This document shows, piece after piece, positions 1-12,109 of a stretch of DNA of 64,000 nucleotides (its first letter is position 1; each line of letters begins with the position of its first letter). The stretch comes from Caecitellus pseudoparvulus. Lineage: Eukaryota; Protista; Bigyra: Bicosoecida. Under the pieces are notes generated by a model, which had not been told where the DNA came from, did no database searches, and worked only from the letters and a program-made list of their open reading frames with translations. The position numbers and the translations under genes are program-made. The DNA lies in the NCBI GenBank assembly GCA_965644315.1, contig CBFFRQ010000047.1:1-64000 (forward strand), in the 5' to 3' direction.

Positions 1-3000
1 CCGGGGGCGATGATTCTGCCGTGCTTCTAGCAGAAGCTCTCGATAATCTTGGTGGAGAATGGATGGTGGCAGGGGCGAGCTGTTTGCTCTGTTCGGGGGG
101 TTCCACGGTGGCTTCCAGTGCCGCCGCAGCACTCGCGGCGAGAGCGTGTAAAGCTGAGTTTCCGGAACGTTTGTCAGACGGGGCATGCATCGCACGGCGG
201 GTCGTGGGCGCACGATGGGGCTCGTCGGCACTGCTATCATGCTGCGGTTTTGATGAAAGTAGGTTTCCAGGAACGTAGGCAGTTGATGGTCGGAGGGCCA
301 TGAGGGACGGCGGAGCGGCGGGATGGAGTGGAGCATGCAGGGGTGGCTGCTGTCCCGCAGCAGCAGGCAGTTGGAGCAGGGAAGGAGGGGCCGCTGCAAA
401 CCCTGAGCTGTTCAGGCCAACTGGCATGTGAGTGACGTCTGCTGAAGGAAGCCCCATGAGGCTTTGGGGAACATCAAGCAGCGGCTGGGGTGGCGCTGCT
501 TCCCTTCCAGGTTCCTGAAACGTGTCGAGCGTGTCGCCCGCTTCAGCCAGCAGCTGCATCCAGGCTTCCACGGCGGCAGAGCTTGCAGTGTCTGTATGAG
601 GGGGAAAGGCGCAGATCCCATTCAAAGGCGAATGGCGGTCAGTGGGCACCTCTCCATGAGCTGGGTGTGGCAGCAAGCCTCGCAGTCTTCCCGGGTTCAG
701 CGGCGTGCTGGTGTGGCTGAGCGCCTGGCGAAGCAAGCCTGTCATGCCTTGGTCCAGGCGCAAGGCTTGTTGCACACTGTCACTGCGTAGACATGGCACT
801 GACTCAGCCAGCTGGCCCAACAGCGGCACCTCCAGACACAGGTCGAAAGGTGATGCGGTCCAAGCGTTTCTGGTCACAGCACTTTCCTGGCCTGACTTGC
901 TCAGCAGTGGGTGCACCTCGCCTCCTGTGGGTGCAAGAGGGCGAGGGATCCCTCGCAAAGTACACACGTCGCTCACCAATTCAACCATGCACCTTGCGTT
1001 GGCCGAGGCACTGGTTCCAGACTTGGTGGAGTCGCCGTCTGAGTCCGTATCTGCAGTGGCCAGGGTTTCGGTGCCGTAGAGGTCTCCAGCGACAAGGGAC
1101 GCGAAGGATGAAAGTGGTCGTACTCGACCAGGCCTTCTTTGTGACATTTCGTGCTGGCTGCCGAGTTTGCGAGGCTCTGGTGCCAAGTCGCCAGTCGCAC
1201 CCGTGTGAAATCCTTGGGCGGTCAGGGAGAGAAACCCTGCCGGAAGCAAGGAAGGCAAATGTGATGTTCGTGTCAGGTGTGCTGCGGATAGTGGGCCAAG
1301 CACCGCTACTTCCTCTGGCTCTGCTTCAGCCAGGCGAGCAATCCAAGCCAGGGCGCTTTCGCTGCTTCGTGACGCCACGGGCAGAACAGAGAAACCAGTG
1401 CTTCGCGCAGGGGCCAGCTCTGGGTAGCACTGTGAGAGTACAGGGAATGCTTCTGCACTGCACCTGAGGAGGTAGCATGGCTGGTGCGCTTTGGAGTGCT
1501 GTTCAGCATCGAACCCAACTTGCCACACGGGAGGGAAGGTTGGCGCACACGGATGCAGAATGGCAAGCTGAGCGTGAGGATTTTCATGGCCGGAAGTTGG
1601 TGGAAGCAAGGCACCATTCTCGGATGTTGAAGGCGTTGCGAAGGAAGAGAGGATGCGAAACAGCAGAGCAGGTCCTCGGTGTGGCAGGAGCACTGCTCCC
1701 AGGCAGGCGGCCCGCTTGTTCAACTGGGCCAGGTTGATGCCAGATAGGAAAGTGCCAAGGCTTCCATGCAAGGTGGAGTAGTGCTGTGCATAGCTTCCGT
1801 CATCCAATGCACTCAGAGGGGGGCCTGCGCTGGGGCCTGATCTGCCCCGGACTGCGGCCAGCGCCTCCGCCAGAACCTCAGCTTCCCATGGGTCAAAATC
1901 AATGGCTCCGTATGCGTGAGCGAACTCCACCTCACGGAGCATGTTGGTAGCTTGGCCCAGGTGGCTCGTGTCGTTTCGCCGCCCCCCTCCGTACACTGGG
2001 CCAGTCGGGCGTGGCCGCAGGCACAGCTGTGCGGCGTCCTTGCCTTTCAAGTCCCACATGGGGAAGCCGTCTGTGCGGCGGCGCACATTGCGCAGCCTCT
2101 CCAACACCTTGCGCAACTCTTTGTGGGGCAGCATTTCCCCCCACATTTGCTCCCTCCCTGCGTGCCCGTGGCGGTACATGCCCAAGGCCATGAGGCGTGC
2201 CTCAGCTGGCAGGAACGTCGCTCCTTGCGCAAGTTTCACGCCAGCATGCTTCATATCATCGGCATCAAACATCTGAGGCCAGAGGGTGGAACTGAGCATG
2301 GGGGCCAAGCGCAGCAGCACTGCGTACGTCAGGCCATCAAAAGCGCCCAAACACCCGCCAGGAGTGCTGAGCTGTGGCTGGGCGGCCGCATGCAGCACAG
2401 CAGCAGGGTTCCCAGAAGCATCTTTGGTGTGGTACACGCCGCCTTCGCGTTGCACATGACGTAGAATATCATGGACGGGGTCCACGACACTGCTGCGCAA
2501 ACTTGAGCGTGAAATCTCGTCCACAGAGTCTGGTGGAACGCTGGGTGGGATGCCCAGCACCTTGTGACCTTGCAGCGCGCGGCCAAGCAGCGTCTTTGGT
2601 GGCTGCATGGTGAGGTATGGAAGGGCTGCGCTGGGCGAACTGGGTGTGCTAAGCAGGAAGGTCAGCACGTCTTGTGGCAAGTTCAGCTGTTGAACGGCCC
2701 GTTTAAGCGAAATGCTGGGCAGGGGGAGTGGACGTAGCGGGACGGGGCACACGCGGCCAGTGCTCATGAGTTGGGCTCTGGAGAAAAACTCAAAGCCAAT
2801 CTCTTCCACGGCCTGGCCTCCTTGCTCCGCCAAAGCTTGCGCCTGAACTTGTCCAGCGAACGCACTGACGACTGCTTCAGGCAGTCCCAAGGCCGCAGCG
2901 GCAGTCCTGATGCTTTTGCGACTGGTCCTTGCAGTGGCTGTGCCAGGGTCAACGTTGGAGGCGTCTCGGCGGGAGCGCTTCACTGTCAGCTTGCTCGCCA

Positions 3001-5571
3001 AGGCAGCCTGGTTTGCGCGCACGGCCTCGGCCAGGCTGCGCAAGCACTCGTCTGTGGTGGATGACCTTCGGACCGTCCGTGCCTGACGATTGGCCTCGAA
3101 CTGGGCTTCGCACACACGATACGCGGGGGCAGCCAAACTCAGCAGCGGCGCATCAAACATGGAGGGGGGAACGGCGCCTGCTCCGTTCTGTGGACTTGCC
3201 AAGGCCCATGGACCATGCTGCACAGTGTGCTCCTTCAGCACTCGCTCCGCCTGCCTGGTGCGCACAAAAGGACGATGGAATGCTGCTGTTCGTGAAGGCC
3301 GGGAAGACTGCACTGGCAAAGCAGGTGCTTCACGCCGTGGATGTTCCCCCCCGGTTTTCAAGGGTTGCTGTGCTGTGGCTCCTGCGCCAGACTGCACCGT
3401 GGCGACGCTGCCGCCGTCCGGAACAAAATCTGAGCTGTCTGAGTCTTCGTCAAGAAACTCAGCGTACCGGGCAGAGGTCGGGAGGGTCGGGGTGTTCGGG
3501 CTTCTGGAGTGCCTGGGGGCCTTGTGCGCTGGCGGTGGGCGCTGCGGGTCCGAGTACCGTCGGCGCTTGCTGCCGCCCGTTGCCGGCAGAGTCGACGCAG
3601 AGTGCGGCTCCCCTTGTCCAGCTGGACGAGGGGGCCCCTCATCGTCCCCTTCATACCCAGCGTCTGAGGCGCGGTAGATGGGCGGACACCCTCGCGCAAA
3701 CCTGGCTGCGGAGCGCAGACCAAGCATGCGGGACGCGGCCTCATGGCAAGCTGCGAAGTGCTCACCAAGGTGCGCCCTGGCGGACGTGACCAAGGACAGC
3801 GTGAGAAGAAGCTGCTGGAACTGGTGCATCTGAGCCTGCAGAGTGAAGGACTGGTCTTGTGTGAAGAAGTTCATCCACCCGGCAAGTAGCTGCGGGCGGC
3901 CTGCGTGCACTGCTTCGTCGACTTTCTGCGCCGTTGTGCGAACAAGCCGCCCTGGGCAGGCAAGCATCTGGGCGCCCCGCACTGCTTGCCGCAGAGGTCG
4001 AGGGATGCGCTGCAGGATCTGTTTGAAAGCCGGTTGGTGAGAGGGGGTCCCTGCCAACTGCAGGATCGCATGGCGAGCGTCCGCTGGGGACACCCGTTCT
4101 CCGCGCAGGCCAGCCGATACGCGCACGTTCTGCGGCTCCCCATGGCGCGGCAACACGCCACCGACGACAGCCTCTTGCAGGCGCAATAACACATGGGCTG
4201 CTGCATCTCGCTCAGACAGCTGCCGGAGCAGGGCTCGCTTGTGGCGCTGCACTGCTGCGCGGCGTTCTGAGGCGCGCTGGGAGCGGCTGGGGCGGGATTG
4301 GGAGCCGGGGCCCGATGCGCCGTGCACTGCAGACGCTTGGTGCTGTGCGGGGGGGAGGGCCAGTGCTGCGAGCAGCGAGCCTTCTGCGCTGGACACTCTG
4401 TGCAGGGCGCCGCGGCTGGGTGCGGCTGCAGCCTCCGCTGAGATGGCTGAGCTGGCGCCGCTGCTGCTGTCCGAGTCGTGGCTTTCCAGAGCAGAGGCCA
4501 GCGCCTGCATCAGAGCAGTGCCGGGGGGAGGTGGCTCCGCCCTGGTTTGGGCTGCTTGGCGGCGCTGGGGTGCTCGTGTGCGCAAGGCGCGACCCGGTGA
4601 CGCGCGCAGGGTGGGCCCGCCCACATACGCCGACATGCCCACTGGGCTCGCAGCCACGGCATTGGCGGACGTTGGCCTGCGGGGTGTGCCCGCCACGCTG
4701 TGCAAGTCTTCAGCACCCATCAAGCTCGCAGCGTCATGCTCCAGCGCTGAGGGCGGCTGGAACTCCCCTGGGAAGTGCTTCTGCGCTTCCGCCAGGATGT
4801 CCTGTAGTTCCTTGCGGGGGATGCGAGCGATGCGCTCAGACCTGCGGGGCGAAGGCGCGTGTGAGGCCCCGCATGGAACAACACTGCGCCTGCACGCCTC
4901 ACAAGTCCTCCCCGTCTTCGTTGGGGTCGTACACGAACTCGTCGTCCTCATCCTCCTCCGAGTCTGGGCAGCGGGACAGGAAGCGGCGTGCGTGCGTTCA
5001 GCGGGGGTTCTGCCCTGGCAGGGCATACTCACCATCTTGGCCGGCACGGAGATTGCGTAAGAAAGCTTGGTATTGCGCCTGTGCGGTGAGTACGCGAGCG
5101 GGGGGGAGGGTGCGCGGTGAGCGGCGGCGTGAAAGGTTTGTGCGCTCCGCCGCAACTCACTGTTTCGCTGTCTCCCGGCTCAGCGTCCCCGCCGAACAAG
5201 TCCTCCAGGGCGTCGTGGACAACCATGGGGATGTCATCGATGTCCTGGTGCGCCATGGGAAACCTTGCCCGAGTGCGTCGCGCAATGCCGTCGGAGCCAG
5301 GCACGCCCCGACTGCCCGGCCTGGAGCCAGCGGTCAGTGCTGCAGAGCTGGCTGCTGAGCCTACAGACCCTGCCCTGTGTCGCGGTGCGCCCGTGCTGCG
5401 GCTGCCCCTGCTCTGTGCATCGTATGTTCCATCATCACCATCTGCTTCGAGGTCTGATCCGTCGTAGTCCGAGTCATCGGAGCCGTCGTCGTCGAAAGCC
5501 GCCAGTGGCAAGGCAATTTCCGCACGGCCTGCCGACGGCGGTCGCTCCTCTTCCTCCGCGTGGCCTTGCAT
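1..5571 (-). CDS. GON4L: GON-4-like / YY1AP1 / plant DUO3-like transcriptional regulator (3' end off window)
   Basis: ATG 5571; introns 5160-5079, 5032-4964, 4902-4842; then one open frame from 4841 to position 1 (absent from the ORF track because no stop is in the window). Spliced product IARRTRARFPM...DSEEDEDDEFVYDPNEDGEDLSERIARIPRKELQDIL, FTQDQSFTLQAQMHQFQQLL and FLPAEARLMALGM resemble the ordered conserved blocks of GON4L/DUO3. Confidence 0.7.
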
Positions 5572-5782
5572 TCCCCCTCTTTCCACGTCTGGCACCCCCT
5601 AATCAAGCAGGCTTCTTGAACTTCAGCGATGGAGCCCAGCTTGTGCCTTATGGACCCTGCTTGTTGCTCTCCAGCGGCCACGTTTGAGTGTGACTTTGCC
5701 CAAGCACAATGTGCCGCGTCGACGGGGGGCAAATCCAGGAGCGAAACATAAAGCCGCCCATCGTGTAGAACAAACTAGTAGT

Positions 5783-7001
5783 CTATTTTCTTTTGCGCTC
5801 TCCTGCTTCTGCCGCAGCGCCAGCAGGGGGGGCAGCTGCCGCCCCTGCGTCAGTCTGCACGGCGCCGCCTTCCTCGCTCGAGAAGATGCGGTCCATGAAA
5901 GCGGCTGCCATTTTCTGCCCGCCCTGGACGCTGGGCTCCACCCGGCACTCGTAGTCAGCGGGGTCCTTGGGGTCCAGCACCTCGAACAGCGGCACGAGCT
6001 CGACAGGCACGCCGGGGACGTCGAAGCCCTTGCGCTGGATGGCCTGGAACAGCGACCGGATGATGAGCTGCAGCTTGGCGGGGTTCCTGTCGTACCCCAG
6101 TGCGCCCAGGGTGCGGTCTGCCCAGGAGTCGGAGTGTGCCTCGTCTGGGTAGTAGATCATGCACACCAGCACCTTGCGGGGCTTGGCCTTGGCGGTGAGG
6201 GCGACGAGGAACTTCTGCAGCTGGGCGTGAAACAGGTCCATGAAGTGCCCCGTGCCGGGTGCCCAGCCCGAGGTGATCATGGCGTCCGGCGCACAGGTCA
6301 AGGCGTATGCTGACAGGGCCGTCCACACGGTGGGCTTCAGCGCCACGTCGTTGCCGCCCAGGGACACGACGATGACGTCATTCGCAGTCACCACATCCCG
6401 CACGAAGGCGTCCTGCCACATCAGGCCGTCGCTGCGGTCGGACAAGGCGCTCTCCTCCACGGCGCAGTTCAGAGCAGCCACTGCGCCGGCGCCGAAGCGC
6501 TCCTGCGCGATGTGGTTCATCCAGAATGCCACATCCTGCACCATGCGGGGCGGGCGCAGGATGCCTGCGTATCCATTCACAGCAGGTGCGGTGAAGGCCG
6601 GGTTCTCCATCTGCCCTCGCTTCAGCCTGCTGCTGTCGAAGAACCAGTGCTTGTTGTCCAGGCTGCTGTCCCCCACCAAGTACACCATGTGCTCCGCCCC
6701 CATTGTCGAACGCAAGTGCTGGTGCACGGCAGCCAAGTGATCAAGTCCATGACCATGGTACTCTTCGTAGAACTCCCCGGAGCTGAGGGAAGGTGACTTT
6801 GCGGCTGGAGGGAGGGGGGGTGAGATTGGCGTGGTGCGCTGTGATGCGACGGGTAGTCTGCGCGAGTTCCTGCTCACCAAGTGCAGCAGCTTCAGCCTCA
6901 GACGTTTGATGAGGCACAAAGATCTTACTATAATCCAGTTGTGGCGCCTCCTCTGCGGGGCTGGACGCCTTCTTCTTGGACTTGCACGTGGATGCTGCCA
7001 T
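5783..7001 (-). CDS. SGNH/GDSL-hydrolase-like conserved hypothetical protein
   Basis: ATG 7001; intron 6877-6805 (GTGAGC..CAG); block I VYLVGDSSLDNK, block III VSLGGND, C-terminal VEPSVQGGQKMA; strong GC3 bias. Confidence 0.7.
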
Positions 7002-7506
7002 TGTGCGCAAGTGACGGCGCAGAGCAGTTTCCGCAACCCCGTGCAGGAGCCGTGCCTGTGTGCAGGGCCTGGCGCTTGAGAGAAAGACGGCGACGATCGC
7101 ACATGAGGGAATTGCCTTTGGGCAGCGAGGCAACGGATTCTGAGAATCGCGGTTGAAATGGCGGGCGCTGTCCAGCAAGGCGAGAGCGGGCGTTTCCTTG
7201 CTCTCCCGCAGCTCTCCCGGGCGCCCAACACCGTACTTCAAAACACAATGTGTTACAAATCCACACCTGAAAAGATGAAGTTGTTCATAAAGTATCCTTC
7301 GTGGTGTTTTCACCCAAGTGCGCGTGAGTGACTGCGAGGCTGAGCTAGGCTCGTCGCGGCTTCGGCCGCGGAGCCGCAGCCATCCGCAATGCATCCGGGA
7401 ACGCTGAACTCGGTGCTCAGAGCTGCCTATGGCGAGAATTATGCGGATCATGCAAAGCACATACACTTCCAATCCATGCAGAGGAGTACAAGCACGCGAG
7501 TACGGC

Positions 7507-8990
7507 ATGGAGGCCCAGTCCAAGGAGGCAGGCACTGCAGCTGCGGCCGCGGCTGAGCCACGCTCTTCGAAGCGGACCAGCAGCTCCAGCTCTGGCGACA
7601 GCAAGGAGGAGGCTTCTGCTGAGAGCCCATCGAGCATCCGAGTGCTCGTCACTGGGGCGAGCGGGTGAGTAGGGCCGTGATCCCTGCCACACTGCACCCT
7701 GCACACTCTGCGGTGCTACGCCACAGGTTCATCGGCGCACACGTCGTCAAGCAGTTGCTGGAGGCCGGGTACTGTGTCCGAGGCACTGTGCGGGACCACA
7801 CCAAGACCGAGAAAGTGGCGTTCCTGCACCAGCTGGCAGAGGGCTCCCCCGGCAGTTTGGAGCTGGTGAGCGCGGACTTGAACAAGCCCGACACATTTCT
7901 ACCCGCTGTGGACGGCTGCGACTTCGTCATGCACGTGGCCAGCCCCTACTCTCTGACGGTGGAGGACCCTCAACGCGACTTGGTCTCCCCTGCTGTGACT
8001 GGCACGCTGGCAGTGCTGGAGGCTGCCCAGGCCGCCACACAGCGGTCCGTGCGCCGCATCGTGCTGACGTCATCCATGGCGGCCGTCACCGACGAGCCGG
8101 TGAATGGGCACCTGTACACGGAGAGGGACTGGAACGTGCGCAGCAGTCTGGAGCGGAGCCCGTACTACTACTCGAAGGTGTGCGCTGAGCGGGCTGCGTG
8201 GAGGTTTGTGGAGGAGCATGCTCCAGGCTGGGACCTGGTCACCATGAACCCCTTCGGGGTGTGGGGTCCCAGCCTGGGCCCGGGTTTGAACACGACGAAC
8301 AACATTGTCAAGAGCGTTGCGACAGGACAGTTCCCCGTCGTGCTGGGGCTGTGCAACGTCTTCACCGACGTGCGGGACGTGGCGGCGGCACACGTGGCCG
8401 CCATGACCACGCCGCACGCAAACGGGCGGTACCTCATGGCCCTGCAGGAGCCCAAGCCACTGCACGACATGTGCCAGGACCTGCAGGCACTGGGCCTGCA
8501 AGGAGATGGGTATGCCATTCCCACCACGCGGTGTGACGGGGCGTGTGGCGTGTGGTGCACGAAGTACTGCCTCGCTCACGCGGAAAGCGGCGGGACAAAG
8601 TCGTTCCTGCAGACGAACCCAGGCACAGTCCTGTCAGCTGAGTGCGTCAAGGCCCGCGTGGAGCTGGGGCTCGTGCCCATCCCCTACCAGCAGTCCCTGG
8701 TGGACACTGTCGCGGACATGCTGAGGCAGGGGCACCTTCCACCGTGCCCTGCAGCGCAAGTGCAGGATGCCGTCTCTCCCGCCGCGCCGACGGAGGCAAG
8801 CCGGCCTGAGCAGGGCATCCCTCGAGAGCTGGATGCCGAGGAGCTGGAGCAGTACTACCGGCGCTCCGAGCTGTCAGTTCCCGTCCCGGAGCTCGGCTCG
8901 GAGCCGTGCTGTGGCGGGTGCTGTGTGTGTTGCTGCGGCGCCCCGAAGTCGGCGCCAGGACCGACGACTGCCGAGCGGAAGGACCGATGA
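7507..8990 (+). CDS. NAD-dependent epimerase/dehydratase (extended SDR, cinnamoyl-CoA/dihydroflavonol reductase-like)
   Basis: Intron 7665-7726 joins VLVTGASG to FIGAHVV (Rossmann GxxGxxG); HVASP, LTSSMAA, catalytic YYYSK, DVRDVAAAH; Cys-rich C-terminal tail. An alternative start at 7429 is possible. Confidence 0.9.
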
Positions 8991-9058
8991 GGCCACGGGT
9001 TGGACAATGCAAGGGTGTCAGGCAAGCTGTGCGTGCATTGTGCGTGGGGCGTGCTGAC

Positions 9059-10371
9059 TCAGCGCTGCTCGGCGTCGGGCGCAGGCTCTGCAGCCGCAGG
9101 GTCGCCTTCGCCTCCGGTGCAGAAAATGGCCTGTGCAGCGACAGCCTCAGGGCTGCGAGGCACGACAAATGACACGACCAGGCCAACATCATCCAGCTTC
9201 CCGCCCTTGTACTTGTACCCAGCGGCGGCCGCCTCCACAGAGAAGGGCGACATGGCTTCTGTGTCCTCCCCAAACGCCGACGCGACTTCCGCGAGGGACG
9301 ACCCGATGCCGTCCAAGCTTCGGCGGAGCTGCAAGTACCTGCGGAGACAGGGAACGGCACAAAGTGCTCGATTGCCGCGCAGTGGCCGGCCTGGCGTGCG
9401 ACGCACAAGTCCTTGTGTGCACCGGGTGTGCCCAGCGATTGCGCGGCGTCGTACAGCGCCTGCGTGTTTTCCTGGTTGCAGAACTGCTGGATGGTGTTCA
9501 CGAAGACGTTGTCGAAGACGCCATCGGTGCCGAGAATCACTGTGCATGCGGGGGAGGAGGGGGTGCTCGCACTGCCTTGCCATGGGTAGAGGCGCGCGTG
9601 TGCGGCGCTCACCCATGTCTCCCGGGTGCACTGGCAAGTGTTGCTGCTGCCCCATCTGAGGGTGGTCGCCCGTGTCCGTGCCCAGCTGAAGCGGGCAATT
9701 GAAGTAGTGCTGCTGGACCTTAGATCTGTGTCAGTGAAGGGGGGGCAGTGAGGCAGGCTTGCCTTGGCGTGCTTGGTGCGCGAGCTCGCCACGCACCTGA
9801 ACACGACTGCGTATCCATCGGACTCGGGGAGCAGGGGGAAGCCCTTGGGCAGGTTGCGCTGGGCCTCTGTCAGGTTCTGCATGGCCTGCCGAGTGGGACT
9901 GTCCTTGTGGGCCAGGACGAGGGCCACCGAGTCCCCGACGTTGATCATACCGATGCCGCCGTCCGCAGCGGCAGTGGCGACGCACAGGGTGGAGCTGCCC
10001 TTCACGCCCTTGGCGGCATTGAACCCAGCCGTCGCAATGTCTAGAGGGACGAGGGACTCTCCAGCAGTCTCCAGCTCCTTGACTCTGTCCAGGCATCCGC
10101 CCAGCAAGGCCTGGGGGTACTTTGACGGGTCCACGCCAGAGGATGCCCAGCCACCAACGCCATCGGCAACGGCGATAGCAGAAGGGTGCGCCAGCACTGC
10201 ATCTTCTGACTTCTTCTTCTCGGGGGAGCAGATGTTGATGTGGCTCGAGACGAACGCCAAGGGAGGCGCGTGCGCGGTGGACAGCGCCCTTGCTGGGCCG
10301 CTCCACCAAGACATGGTGGCCAATTTCCGCACAGCGCCTTGGCTTGGACAGCGGAGGCTGTGGGCCAGCAT
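9059..10371 (-). CDS. PTC7: PP2C-family protein phosphatase, PTC7/PPTC7 type, probably mitochondrial
   Basis: SEDA, AVADGVGGW, GSSTLC, NVGDS, QQHYFNCPLQLG, VILGTDGVFDN and GGKLDD assembled across three introns; Arg/Ser/Ala-rich N-terminus; alternative ATG at 10314. Confidence 0.9.
10321..10332 (-). promoter_or_regulatory. Candidate cis-element GTGCGGAAATTG (representative copy)
   Basis: Exact TGCGGAAATTG also at 5514, 23437, 25731 and 46363; one-mismatch variants at 7025, 11988, 14627 and 44652; mostly near gene 5' ends. Confidence 0.35.
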
Positions 10372-10613
10372 CGCGCAGCTGCTGCTTGGCAGGATACAGA
10401 GGAAGCCAATTTCAGAAGTAGAAATGCCCGCGTCGCAACGGTAGGGCAGAGGTGGGAGTGGATTTGATGCGAGGCCTGACTCTGCTGTGAGTTGGAGTCA
10501 GAGGGCGTCGCTTTGCATTGCTTCGTGTGCCTGGGGGCCACGCGCCAGCACCTCCCCACCAGGGCTGCCTGTGTGCAGCATATAGTGACCAGCAGAAGGC
10601 CGAGCACTTCTTC

Positions 10614-11960
10614 TCATTCACCTGCGGGCTTGGTGGCGGCAGGGGCCAGTTTGGCCAGCCTGCCTGCAGCTTCCGTCAGCGCCTCGTCAGTCTTGCAGAA
10701 GGCAAAGCGGGCAAGGTTGGCGACGAGGTGCTTGTCGCTGTCTTGGTAAAAGGCGCTGGGCGGGATGGCAGCCACGCCGACCTCTTTCGTCAGCCACCTG
10801 CAAAAGGCCCAATCCCGCGTCATGCTCGGGCACGCAGGCGTGGACTCGGCAAGGTAGCTGTCAGGAATGCTGACGGCAGAAGTGTCTGCCATGACGAAGA
10901 AGCCGCCCTCTGGCGCAATGGCCTTCAGGCCTGCTGCGTTCAGCGCGTCACACAGCAGCGTGCGCTTCGCCAGGTACTGCGCGCGCAGGTATGCGAAGTA
11001 GCTGTCGTGGGTCACCTCCGCCCCGTCCGCACCGGGCGCGGTGAAGGGCTGCTCTGCCTCCTCCAGGGCCCATGCGACCGCCTGCTGCAGGGGCGTGGCG
11101 ACGGAGAACTGCACCCACTGATTCACGAGCATGACACCCTTCACGAGGGGAGCGGGCCCCACCACCCAGCCCACCTTCCACCCCGTCACAGAGAACGTCT
11201 TGCCCGCAGAAGACACCGTGACGGAGCGCTCCCACATGCCCGGCAGCGTCGGGAACTGCACGTGGTCGTGCCCGTCGTACGTCATGTGCTCGTACACCTC
11301 GTCGCAGATGACGACGATGCGTGGGTGCCGCGCGACGATGTCGGCGATGCCTTGCATCTCCTCCCGGCTGAACATCTTGCCAGTGGGGTTGTGTGGTGTG
11401 TTCAGCACGAGGATGCGGGTGGCAGGGGTGATGGCAGCCTCCAGGGCAGGCAGGTCCAGTCCCCACGCCGAGCCAGTGGACTCCACACCAGCCTGCCCCG
11501 TGTGCTGCAGCGGCACGTACACGGGGGAACCCCCCGCCATGCGCGTCTGGGCCGAGTAAATATCGAAGGATGGCTCCATGAGCAGCACCTCGTCGCCGTC
11601 GGCCACGAGGGCTTGCAGGAGGGCGAACATGGCCTCCGTGGCGCCCACCGTCACCGTCACCTCCGTCATGGCGTCAATGTCCCGCTGCAGCACGCGCTTG
11701 TACCACTTGGCCAGCTGCTGCACCAGCGGCACATGCCCCCCTGATCGGGTGTACTGGTTGTAATCCTCGTCCACAGCGCGCTTGGCTGCTGCCTTCATGA
11801 AGGCGGGCGCCTGCCAGTCAGGGAAGCCTTGCCCCAGGTTCACGGCGCCGACCTCCTTGGCCAGCGGGGTGAACTCATGCCACACAGTCGGCCCATCGAA
11901 ACCTTTCAAGCGAGGTGCGAGCTGGTAGCAGGTGGGGGTGCCGGCTGCTTCAGCTGCCAT
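10614..11960 (-). CDS. KYAT: Kynurenine-oxoglutarate transaminase / glutamine transaminase K (PLP class I)
   Basis: Intronless 448 aa; VNLGQGFPD, NQYTR, LNTPHNPTGK, DEVYE, SAGKTFSVTGWKVGW (PLP lysine), RFAFCK. Confidence 0.92.
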   Translation of the reverse strand: MAAEAAGTPTCYQLAPRLKGFDGPTVWHEFTPLAKEVGAVNLGQGFPDWQAPAFMKAAAKRAVDEDYNQYTRSGGHVPLVQQLAKWYKRVLQRDIDAMTEVTVTVGATEAMFALLQALVADGDEVLLMEPSFDIYSAQTRMAGGSPVYVPLQHTGQAGVESTGSAWGLDLPALEAAITPATRILVLNTPHNPTGKMFSREEMQGIADIVARHPRIVVICDEVYEHMTYDGHDHVQFPTLPGMWERSVTVSSAGKTFSVTGWKVGWVVGPAPLVKGVMLVNQWVQFSVATPLQQAVAWALEEAEQPFTAPGADGAEVTHDSYFAYLRAQYLAKRTLLCDALNAAGLKAIAPEGGFFVMADTSAVSIPDSYLAESTPACPSMTRDWAFCRWLTKEVGVAAIPPSAFYQDSDKHLVANLARFAFCKTDEALTEAAGRLAKLAPAATKPAGE

Positions 11961-12109
11961 GTTGCACGTATCGTTGCACGGTGGAGCTGCGGAAATCGCT
12001 TGGCTGCCAGAGAACGCGCGCCAGAACCGCCGCAGTGTGGGGCAAGGCAGGCAGTTCCACGTGAAGCAGAGAAGCAGCGGGCACTGAGTCTGGTGGATGA
12101 ACTGTGTCT

